A stretch of DNA of 64,000 nt from an uncultured delta proteobacterium (GTDB lineage Bacteria; Desulfobacterota; Binatia; DP-6): the NCBI GenBank assembly GCA_963815115.1, contig CAWFFN010000007.1:704001-768000 (forward strand). Reading direction: 5' to 3'. Numbering within the stretch: position 1 is the first letter of the stretch; the number at the start of each line of letters is the position of its first letter. A model generated the notes under the pieces. That model was not told the origin of the DNA. It saw nothing but the letters and a program-made list of their open reading frames with translations, and searched no databases. Positions 27,794 through 36,207 of the stretch are shown here, piece after piece. A program made the position numbers and the translations under genes.

Positions 27794-30400
27794 TCACGCA
27801 GCCCGCGCCGGCGCCTTGGCGCCACCGCCGTTCACGGCACGCAGCCCGAGCCCGGCGGCGACGATGTCGTAGGTGTCGTTCAGGATGCGTCCCAGCCGCA
27901 CGGTCTCCGAGACGATCACGCCGAGGTTGACGAGGCCGAGGGCCGTGCCGACGCCCGTGACCTCGGGAATTCCGAAGATCAGTCCGAGGCTGACGAAGAT
28001 CGCGAAGAAGCCGAGCGAGAGCTGCGACACCCGTGTCAGGCGCAGCTCGGAGCGGACGTTGAGGAGCCGCTTGCTACCGCCGTGATTCTCGGTGGCGACG
28101 GCGACGCGCGCCTTCGCCCAGACGCCGCGGAAGATCTCCAGATCCCAGCGATTCCATCCCGGGTCGACCGTGATCAGGTACTTGCGCGGGATCAGGAACT
28201 CCATCACGCCCCCGAGCAGCGCTTCCTTCTCGTGGCTCTCCTCGCTCCAGTAGCGCAGCACGAACGCGCGCTCGAGCAGATCCAGCTCGGGCGGCTGCCG
28301 CGGTCCGTCGGACGGCACCTGCTCCTCCAGCACCGCGAAGCCCCGCAGCCGCCAGAGGTAGCGCTGGATCCCCCGCATGAGCGGCCCCAGGTAGGTGAGG
28401 AGCGCGATCAGGGCGCGGGCGCGCACGCCGCGGAAACGCGGATCGATGCGCGCGCTCCACGCCGTCCCGATCGACCACGCAATCGAGATGGCGAGCGGGA
28501 TGACGGCGACCGGCAGCAGGCGCGGCGACACGAGGCCGGCGAGCAGGAGCAGGATACCGATGGCATTCCACTCCAGCGTGAACGGCAGGTAGCTCAGCAG
28601 CGAGGACGGCGCTTCGTAGAGCGACTGGAAGAGCCCCCGCCCGAATGCGCCGAAGTAGATCACCGGCCGGCGGGACAGCACGGCGCTGGTCAGCTCGCCG
28701 TAGATCCGCCCCAGCCAGCGCGACTGGCCGAGGAGATTGAAGCGATAGGGATGCTTGAAGTACAGCAGCGCCTCCGCCTTCCCGTAGCCCATCTGCTGCT
28801 TCAAGTAGGCCTTCACGGTGTTGCGGCGATAGTGCCAGACGGTGGCAGCGGCGCTGAACCCGATCGGATGACCGCGGTTCTGCAGGCGCCAGCAGAAGTC
28901 GACGTCGTCGCCCGCGGCCGAGAAGATCGGCTCGAAGCCGTGGATCTCGAGCAGGGCCTCCTTGGTGAAGGCCATGTTGCAGCCCGGGATGTGCTCGGCC
29001 ACCTCGTCGTTCAGCAGCACGTGCATCGGGCCACCGGGCGCCACCGCCACGGCCGCCGGCACCAGGCTCGGCTCGGGCGGCGGGAAGTTCGGCCCGCCGA
29101 CGGCGACGAATCCGCTGCGCACGAACGGATAGATCAGGAAGGCGAGCCAGTCGGGATCGGGCACGCAGTCCGAGTCGGTGTAGGCGATGATCTCGCCGGT
29201 CCCGGCCTCCGCTCCGACGTTGCGCGCCACGCTGAGGCCCTTGTTCGGCTGGTCGACGAGGAGAAAGCGCGGTGCCTGCGGGTCCGCCTCGTAGCGCTTC
29301 TGGTGCTCCTGGCTGATCGCGAGCGTGCCGTCGGTCGAGCCGTCGTTCACCACGACCACCTCGTAGTTCGGGTAGTTGAGGGTACGCATCGACTCGAGGC
29401 ACGCGTCCATCGTGCGCTCGGCGTTGTAGGCGCACACGACCACCGACACGCGCGGCGGATGCTCCAGGCGCGGCGGCAGAGGTGCGGTGTACTGCGTCCG
29501 CACGGCACGGTAGGCCGGCTTCACCCCGCGCTGCGCGTCGACCACGCCGAACGCCCAGTCGGCGATCTGCGAGCCGCCGGTGAACCAGTCGTCGGTCCAG
29601 GAGAAGACGAAGCACCCGGCGGCGCCCGATTCGAAGCCGGCACGGACCATCATCGCCAGCAACTCCCCCTGGTGCTCCTCGCCCTCCCGGATCGAGTCGA
29701 CGCCGAACTCGGTCAGCACGAGCGGCTTGTCCTCCGCGATGTTCTGCAGGCGGCTCAGGTAGCGTCGCAGCGCCTCCTCGCGGTGCAGGTAGACGTTGAA
29801 GGAGACGAAGTCGAGGAACTCCGTCAGGTCGAGATACTCGGTGGAAGGAAAGTTGGCGTAGCTCACCAGCGTGCCGGGCGCCTGCTGCTTGATCTCGTCG
29901 ACCAGCGTGCGCAGGAACTCCTTCACCCGCTCGGGTCCGTACCAGCGGACGATGTCGGGCGGGATCTCGTTGCCCACGAGCAAGCCGAGGAGCGCCGGGT
30001 GCCCCCCCAGGTTTGCCGCGGCGGCGCGGACGGTGCCGCGGATCTCCGCGACCAGATCCTTGCGGTCGAGGAAGCAGACGTGCTCGGCCCAGGGGATGGT
30101 GACGAGCACGCGGAGCCCGTGCTGCGCGGCGCGATCCAGGAGCCAGCGTGGAGGGACCGTGAAGGTCCGCAGCGTGTTGGCCCCCAGCCCGACCATCAGA
30201 CCGAAGTCCGTCTCGAGCAGGTCCTCCCTGGGGAACGGGAACCCATGATCCGAGGGCCCGAACGGACCGTAGGAAACCCCGCGCACGTAGATCTTGTGAT
30301 CGCCGACGAAGAAGAACTTGCCGCCGACGGCGACCGGCACGCTGTCGAGCGCCGGAGCGGGAGCCCGCTCCGGCAGCGGGCGCAGCATCGCCTGAGTCAT
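27794..30400 (-). CDS. Clan GH-A (GH2/GH5-like) TIM barrel fused to GT2 and a C-terminal membrane region
   Basis: GNEIP and LTEFG candidate catalytic Glu motifs; VVVCAYN, NDGSTD, YTDSD, AGDDVD, QQMGYG; several C-terminal TM segments. Confidence 0.88.
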   Translation of the reverse strand: MTQAMLRPLPERAPAPALDSVPVAVGGKFFFVGDHKIYVRGVSYGPFGPSDHGFPFPREDLLETDFGLMVGLGANTLRTFTVPPRWLLDRAAQHGLRVLVTIPWAEHVCFLDRKDLVAEIRGTVRAAAANLGGHPALLGLLVGNEIPPDIVRWYGPERVKEFLRTLVDEIKQQAPGTLVSYANFPSTEYLDLTEFLDFVSFNVYLHREEALRRYLSRLQNIAEDKPLVLTEFGVDSIREGEEHQGELLAMMVRAGFESGAAGCFVFSWTDDWFTGGSQIADWAFGVVDAQRGVKPAYRAVRTQYTAPLPPRLEHPPRVSVVVCAYNAERTMDACLESMRTLNYPNYEVVVVNDGSTDGTLAISQEHQKRYEADPQAPRFLLVDQPNKGLSVARNVGAEAGTGEIIAYTDSDCVPDPDWLAFLIYPFVRSGFVAVGGPNFPPPEPSLVPAAVAVAPGGPMHVLLNDEVAEHIPGCNMAFTKEALLEIHGFEPIFSAAGDDVDFCWRLQNRGHPIGFSAAATVWHYRRNTVKAYLKQQMGYGKAEALLYFKHPYRFNLLGQSRWLGRIYGELTSAVLSRRPVIYFGAFGRGLFQSLYEAPSSLLSYLPFTLEWNAIGILLLLAGLVSPRLLPVAVIPLAISIAWSIGTAWSARIDPRFRGVRARALIALLTYLGPLMRGIQRYLWRLRGFAVLEEQVPSDGPRQPPELDLLERAFVLRYWSEESHEKEALLGGVMEFLIPRKYLITVDPGWNRWDLEIFRGVWAKARVAVATENHGGSKRLLNVRSELRLTRVSQLSLGFFAIFVSLGLIFGIPEVTGVGTALGLVNLGVIVSETVRLGRILNDTYDIVAAGLGLRAVNGGGAKAPARAA

Positions 30401-30618
30401 GGGGGAGGACGCGATGCCGGAAGATAGACGACTGCCGGGAGGGCAACAACCAAGTATCGGCGCGATGGTTCGCCGGGACCTGCGTCCGCCCGGACCGTCG
30501 TGGTCGCGCTCCGCACGGGTCGGAGCGATCATGCGTTCCGTCGCTCCGCTTCGGGGATTGCACGGTCCGCCCGCAGCGGTATCCTCCCGTGCGACCGACC
30601 GCCACCGAGCGAGGGCAC

Positions 30619-30846
30619 ATGGAGCTCGACGAAATCATCGCGGGTATCGGCAAGCTCGAGACCGAGCGCGAGGCGATCTACCTGGACGAGCGCGTCGACG
30701 ACACGGAGCGTCCCCGGCTCCGGGAGATCGAGGCCGAGCTCGACCGGCTCTGGGATCTCCGGCGCCGGCTGGAAGCCGCCAGGAGCGCCGGGCTCGACCA
30801 CATCCCGGTGCCCCCGCCGCCCGACCCGAGCAAGCTGACTGGCTGA
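30619..30846 (+). CDS. Small DUF2630-like coiled-coil protein
   Basis: RLREIEAELDRLWDLRRR..AR.AG.D; GAGG RBS; TTGCAC-16-TATCCT upstream. Confidence 0.7.
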   Translation: MELDEIIAGIGKLETEREAIYLDERVDDTERPRLREIEAELDRLWDLRRRLEAARSAGLDHIPVPPPPDPSKLTG

Positions 30847-31077
30847 GACGGCGCACGGATCGGTCCGGCCGGCGAGCGCCGCCGCGTCTCCGCTCGACAG
30901 GCCGCTCGTCGAACGGAGCGACCGTGATCGATCAGAGAGAAGCCGCTGGCGTCCACGCGACGGCAGGTGTACGACATAGTTCGTCTCCCGGTACGCCCGC
31001 GCACGGCTCTCACGAGCGTGCCCCGGAACGGCGCACACCACGCCCTCGAAGCAATCGCGAGCCCCTGAGGCCCCCAC

Positions 31078-31572
31078 ATGGTTCTCCGCAAGCGGATCGT
31101 CGCGCGGCTCGGCACACGCCGCCCGCTTGCCAAACCGCTCGTCGCACGCGCCACCTGCCACGGGTCTCGCGCGGCCGGCGCGTGCCTGCTGGCTGTTCTC
31201 CTGCTGTCTCCGGGGAGGAGCATCAGCGATCCCGGCGCCGCTCCGGCCGCCCGCGGCCCGGGCCCCTCGGCCGCCGCGCTCGCCGTCTCGGTGAGCGAGA
31301 CCCCGGACGTGGTGCGCCTGCGCATCCAGGCTTCGGGAGAGATCGAGCCCGGGTCCGTCGAGGTCCGGTTCGCGGGCCGCAAGGCGGTCGTGATGGGGCG
31401 CGACGCGAAGGGCCGGGCAATCCGTTCGCACCCTGTCCGTCTCCCTGCCGCCGTGGTCGAGGAGGGGGCGAGCGCCGACTACGACACCGCGGACGCGCTG
31501 GTGCTGACGCTCCCCAAGCAGGCCGCCCAGGCTACGGCGCCTCCGGGCGACCCGGAAGCGGCGGCGCGCTGA
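31078..31572 (+). CDS. Hsp20/alpha-crystallin-like domain with N-terminal hydrophobic segment
   Basis: VSETPD..V.V.F..VRLPAAV..A.Y..LVLTLPK; start uncertain. Confidence 0.6.
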   Translation: MVLRKRIVARLGTRRPLAKPLVARATCHGSRAAGACLLAVLLLSPGRSISDPGAAPAARGPGPSAAALAVSVSETPDVVRLRIQASGEIEPGSVEVRFAGRKAVVMGRDAKGRAIRSHPVRLPAAVVEEGASADYDTADALVLTLPKQAAQATAPPGDPEAAAR

Positions 31573-31869
31573 CGGCGTCGCGTCCAGGTCTGCCGCGAGG
31601 TCGTTCGCCAGCAACCCGGCGCACTGCGCTCCGGGGAATCGTCCGGCAGCGCACTCAGGAGCGTGGAACCTCGCAGGCTTGCATCTCCCGGGGTGGTAGC
31701 GGCGCGAGCCGTCGACGACGAGGACGTCACCAATCGCCCGCCAGGACCATGCCGCGGAGCAACTACGTACGTAGTTGGGCGCGCGTAGTACCTCCAGCTT
31801 TCTCGGCTTCCTGCGAAGCGGCTATAAGGGTTCGAGGCGGCCAGGTGGCGACCTGCGCCGGCAGACGTC

Positions 31870-32070
31870 ATGGGAGCTCATCGAGCGGCGATCTTTCGAA
31901 GTGTCGACGTCATCCGCGATTCCGGCACCGCCCTTCTCTGCTTGGTCAGGAGCAAGGAGGTATGGGTCCCGCTCACCGAGATCCGCCACGGCACCGACCT
32001 GGCCAAGGCCGGTGATCGGGGCACGCTCATCATCTCGGGGTCGCTCGCGCGGTCGCTCGGCCTACGCTGA
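31870..32070 (+). CDS. Hypothetical 66-aa protein
   Basis: Compact globular-looking sequence (ALLC..KEVWVP..I..GDRGTLII..LA..LGL). Confidence 0.55.
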   Translation: MGAHRAAIFRSVDVIRDSGTALLCLVRSKEVWVPLTEIRHGTDLAKAGDRGTLIISGSLARSLGLR

Positions 32071-32367
32071 CTCGTCGCGCTCCGGACCTGGTTCATCGGG
32101 GCCAGATAGGCCTGGAAGCGGCGCTCGGCGTCGCCGACCTGCGCACCGGCGCGAAGCTGACACCGCGCCGTCGCCGGAGGGCGACGCGACATGGAGAGGG
32201 GAAAGCGCTGCGGCGCCGCCCCACCCGGTCGCAAGGCATGTCCCCGGGACCCATGCGTAGGTTCCCGTGCGTAGTAGTGCCGGCCCGGCCATCAGACAGT
32301 TACGGTCGCCGTACCGGGGAATGACCGCTATCCCGTCCTGGCGATCAACTTGCCGCTCGCGGCGCAA

Positions 32368-32508
32368 GTGCAGACGGAAAACAGCAATGGAAGTGACTTT
32401 GACAAAGCGGAACCGCAGTTGATGCAGCTTCAATCACTCCACGATCGCGGTCTGATCTCCGACCAAGAGTACAAGCGGATGCGCAGCCGGCTGATCGAGC
32501 GACTCTGA
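32368..32508 (+). CDS. SHOCT-like micro-ORF or gene remnant (not in ORF track)
   Basis: LMQLQSLHDRGLISDQEYKRMRSRLIERL*; the frame is open only from 32278. Confidence 0.55.
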   Translation: MQTENSNGSDFDKAEPQLMQLQSLHDRGLISDQEYKRMRSRLIERL

Positions 32509-32923
32509 CCCGAGTTGCGGTCATGGGGTGATTCCGCCGGTCGTGGTGACCTCCAACGAAGGCCGCGCCCACCCCGACGTGCGGCGCCGTCCTCGCACTC
32601 GTTGACCGGCTCCCCGAGGACGTGGAGTCCCACGCGGCGCTCGTCGCCCAGGTGCTTGACCCTCTCCGAGAATGAGACCGTGCGACGAGCTCGCATGGGC
32701 GCGCGTTCCTCGGAAACTCGCCGAGACGGGGGTGGTGTGATGACGGGCGATCGCGCCGTCAGGGTGCCAGGGGTTCGTCGAGGGGCGGCAGCGGAGCGCG
32801 TCATCTTCGATGATCTCGCCGCGCGGGACGCACGACCGGACGCCGACTGAACACGGACAATCGGGGCGGTCCGCCAGTTGCGCCGGCCGCGCAGGCCGCC
32901 GTAAGTTCCTGAACTTCCCTTGC

Positions 32924-33007
32924 GCCGGGATGGCGGAACTGGCAGACGCGGCGGACTTAAAATCCGCTGGCCGCAAGGCCGTGGGAGTTCGAGCCTCCCT
33001 CCCGGCA
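32924..33007 (+). tRNA. tRNA-Leu(UAA)
   Basis: GCCGGGA/TCCCGGC acceptor stem, GCGGA-CTTAAAA-TCCGC anticodon arm, long variable arm, GTTCGAG; CCA not encoded. Confidence 0.96.
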
Positions 33008-33133
33008 TCAACGCCTCACGGCGGCGGCCGAGTCGCGAATCAGGTGGCGTGTACCCGAACGTGTACCGACCCGAAGGGGACCGACACGGCGCACTCGCGG
33101 CCCGCGAAAAACGGGGGGCGCGGCCGGGCGCTC

Positions 33134-33418
33134 TCAGTACTCGTCGAGATGCTCGCGGACGATCACCTTGAGCATCGTCTGGTAGCCGAGCCCGCGCTTC
33201 GCGCCCTTGCGCCGGAGCGCATCGATCAGGGCGGGCTCCAGGACGATCGAGGTCGCCCGCGCCCGGGGACGGACCAAGACCCCCGTGCCCGCGGCCCGCA
33301 TGTCGTCACCGAGATCACGCCGCTCGAACTCCTTGAGCTGCGCGTCGACGGGCCGGCGCCGCCGCGCCGGCGCGGTCCTACGTGCCCTCTTGGCCTTCTT
33401 CGCTGCGCCGCTCTTCAT
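33134..33418 (-). CDS. BrnA/CopG-like antitoxin
   Basis: C-terminal RHH-like TSIVL..LIDALRRKG..RGLGYQTMLKVIV; overlaps the toxin 3' end. Confidence 0.8.
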   Translation of the reverse strand: MKSGAAKKAKRARRTAPARRRRPVDAQLKEFERRDLGDDMRAAGTGVLVRPRARATSIVLEPALIDALRRKGAKRGLGYQTMLKVIVREHLDEY

Positions 33419-33722
33419 GGAGCCTCCGTTCCTTGCGCCGCATCGCGCGGCAGCTGATTGGCCGTAGCGCGGCGCCGCGGCGGGTGAAGATGACCGTCAC
33501 TGGGCGGCCGGTCCCGGTCGTCCCGAGCGCGACCCAGCGCGCTTCCGTATGGACGGGCTCGACGACCCGCCCGAGCAGGTAGAGGAGGTCCCGGAAGACC
33601 GTCTCGATGTCGGCCGGCGTCAGCCCGTGCTTGGTGAGCTTCTCGGTGTTTGCGATATCCCATTCGACCTCCGGCGCGGTGGCGAGCCACGCTGCCGTCT
33701 CCGCATCCGCCACCCACCGCAT
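33378..33722 (-). CDS. BrnT-family toxin
   Basis: EWD..N..K..KHG, EARW..LG.T..GR...VIFT.R...RPISCR. Confidence 0.85.
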   Translation of the reverse strand: MRWVADAETAAWLATAPEVEWDIANTEKLTKHGLTPADIETVFRDLLYLLGRVVEPVHTEARWVALGTTGTGRPVTVIFTRRGAALRPISCRAMRRKERRLHEERRSEEGQEGT

Positions 33723-33739
33723 ACCTATCGTATAGGTAT
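33721..33739. promoter_or_regulatory. Perfect palindrome over the toxin start codon, putative TA operator
   Basis: ATACCTAT-CGT-ATAGGTAT; contains a -10-like TACGAT on the minus strand. Confidence 0.65.
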
Positions 33740-33960
33740 CGCGCAAGCGAGCTGCAAGCCTGCCGGGACCCCGCCACGCCACTGGACAGCGCGCCTTCGC
33801 CGCAATGTACTCGGCGTCGTCGGGATCGGCGTACCGTTGACCGCCGCGCAGCAGCTGGGCATGCTCCCTGGCCCATGAAGGTGCGGGTCGGGGACCGATA
33901 CGGATCACCTGACGTCCTGGTCCGCAGCAAGGTCGTCCTCACGGCCGAGCCGGTCGCACC

Positions 33961-34659
33961 ATGAGGATCTTCGTTGCCGGCGCGGCCGGAGCGATCGGCC
34001 GCCAGCTCATCCCGATCCTCGTCGACGCCGGCCACGACGTCGCCGGCACGACGCGATCTACCGAACGCGCGAAGTGGCTCGCATCGGCCGGGGCTCGCCC
34101 GGTCATCGTCGATGCCTACGACCGCGATGCGCTGCATGCGGCGCTGGCCGAGGCCCGGCCCGACGTCGTGGTCCATCAGCTGACCGATCTCGCCGGCGGC
34201 TTCGGCGCCGGGAACCTCGCGAGCAGCAGGCGACTGCGGGAGGTGGGCAGCCGGAACCTCGTCGATGCCGCCGTCGCTGCTGGAGCCGGTCGCCTGGTGG
34301 CCCAGAGCGGCGCCTGGCTCTATGCCGACGGCCCGCTGCCGCACGACGAATCGCATCCGCTTCGCACGCCGACGGACGATCCCCCGGATGTTTCACTGCC
34401 AGGGATCCTCGAGCTCGAGCGCGTCGTGATGGGCACGCCGGGGATCGATGGGATCGTGCTGCGCTACGGCTTCTTCTACGGACCGCACACGGCATGGAGA
34501 GCCGAGAACGCACCGGAGCCGCACGTCAGCGTCGAGGCAGCGGCCCGTGCCACTGCCGCGGCCGTCGAGCGGGGTCCGGCCGGGATCTACAACATCGTCG
34601 ACGACTCCGGCGCCATCAGCAACACCCGCGCCCGCGAATTGCTGGGCTGGCAGCCGTAG
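33961..34659 (+). CDS. NAD(P)-dependent epimerase/dehydratase-like oxidoreductase
   Basis: GAAGAIG Rossmann motif, VHQLTDL, LRYGFFYGP. Confidence 0.9.
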   Translation: MRIFVAGAAGAIGRQLIPILVDAGHDVAGTTRSTERAKWLASAGARPVIVDAYDRDALHAALAEARPDVVVHQLTDLAGGFGAGNLASSRRLREVGSRNLVDAAVAAGAGRLVAQSGAWLYADGPLPHDESHPLRTPTDDPPDVSLPGILELERVVMGTPGIDGIVLRYGFFYGPHTAWRAENAPEPHVSVEAAARATAAAVERGPAGIYNIVDDSGAISNTRARELLGWQP

Positions 34660-34809
34660 CGACCCAGCAGCACGTCAGGAAGCCGCCCTCCGGAAGGCCC
34701 GGACCGTTCCTCGAGCCCATCTCGATCGGGCTGCGGCAATACTTCGCGGGCCGCCCCGTTGGGCTCGCTCCCATGCGTACACCGGCCCGTCGAGCCGGCG
34801 GGCTTCGCC

Positions 34810-36207
34810 TCAGCCTCGGAGCAGGTCGAGCCCGAGCGCGCCGAGCAGCCGAGATCCGAGCATCGCCCCGACCGCCGCCGTGACCAGCCCGAAGGAGACC
34901 CACAGGACGACGTTCTGGGTCCAGGTGTTCCGGAGATGCGCCATGAGCTCGGCGTCGTTGGCGAGCCGGATCACGAAGAAGAGCACGATCGGCAGGAGCA
35001 GCCCGTTCAGCACCTGCACGCCGACCAGCCAGCGGATGACCGGCAAGCCAGGCAGGAGGGCGCCACCGGCGCCGATGATGACGAGCGCACTGAAGAGACC
35101 GAAGAAGGCCCCGGCACGCCGGAAATCCAGGTTCACGCTCTTGCGAAATCCGAACGCTTCCCCCAGCGCGTACGCGGTGGCGAGCGGCAGTACCGCCGCT
35201 GCGAGCAGGGAGGCGCCGAGCAGTCCCACCGCGAAGAGCCAACCCGCGGCACGGCCCGCCACGGGTTCGAGTGCCCTGGCGGCATCTGCAGCGGTCTCGA
35301 TGTGCAGGTGGCCCGTCCGGTGCAGGGTCGCCGCCGTGGCCATGATCATGAAGATCGACATCAGGTTCGAGAACCCGACGCCGAGGTACGCATCCACGCG
35401 CTCCGGACCGTAGTGCCGGCGAGCGGCGCCGCGCTCCACGATCGAGCTCTGCTGATACACCTGCATGTACGGAGTGATGGTGGTGCCGATCAGCCCGACC
35501 AGCAGGAAGACGTATTCCGGATCGTGATGCAGCGTGGGCACGAATGCGCCCCGTGCGACCGCAGCCCAGTCCGGACCGCTCACCAGGGCAGCCGCGGGGT
35601 ACGCGAAGAAGACGAGCGTCATGACGATGAAGATCTTCTCCACGCTGCTGTAGCTGCCGAACACCACCAGATACCAGAGCGCAAGAGCCGCGATCGGAAT
35701 CGCGATCACGCGATTCAGGCCGAGCAGCTCCGCGGCCGCCCCGATCCCCACGAACTCGCTGCACACCAGCCCCGTGTTGGCGATCACGAGCACGGTCACG
35801 GCGCACAGGGACCACCCGAGCCCCAGTCGCTCGCGGATCAGATCGAGCAAGCCGCGCCCGGTGGCCGCGCCGAGGCGCGCACAGGTCTCCTGGACCGCCC
35901 CCAGCGAGATGGTCATCACGAGCATCACCCAGATCAGCCGGTAGCCGTAGCGTGCGCCGACGGCGCTGTAGGTCGCGATACCGCCGGCGTCGTTGCCCGC
36001 GGCGCTGGCGATGAGTCCGGGACCGAGGATCAGGAACCAGCGCAGCGCCCCTGCCGGCGGGGTCCCGAGTCGTTGCAGGGAGATGCTCCGGCCCCTCAGG
36101 TGCAATCGGATACCCGCATCGCATGGTCGCGGAACGGCGGGGAGCCGACGCTCGGGCACCTCCGCGATCGGCTCCAGGCCCTGCCGGGGCGCGCTGGATG
36201 CGCTCAC
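34810..36207 (-). CDS. NRAMP-related divalent metal transporter
   Basis: GPGLI..AGNDAGGIATYS, GTTITPYM, many TM segments; start uncertain (GTGA overlap with upstream stop). Confidence 0.88.
   Translation of the reverse strand: MSASSAPRQGLEPIAEVPERRLPAVPRPCDAGIRLHLRGRSISLQRLGTPPAGALRWFLILGPGLIASAAGNDAGGIATYSAVGARYGYRLIWVMLVMTISLGAVQETCARLGAATGRGLLDLIRERLGLGWSLCAVTVLVIANTGLVCSEFVGIGAAAELLGLNRVIAIPIAALALWYLVVFGSYSSVEKIFIVMTLVFFAYPAAALVSGPDWAAVARGAFVPTLHHDPEYVFLLVGLIGTTITPYMQVYQQSSIVERGAARRHYGPERVDAYLGVGFSNLMSIFMIMATAATLHRTGHLHIETAADAARALEPVAGRAAGWLFAVGLLGASLLAAAVLPLATAYALGEAFGFRKSVNLDFRRAGAFFGLFSALVIIGAGGALLPGLPVIRWLVGVQVLNGLLLPIVLFFVIRLANDAELMAHLRNTWTQNVVLWVSFGLVTAAVGAMLGSRLLGALGLDLLRG

Noticed and set aside
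32430-33011. ORFs crossing tRNA-Leu (and similar ORFs over tRNA-Cys and tRNA-fMet)
   Set aside because: Antisense or overlapping translations of tRNA genes.
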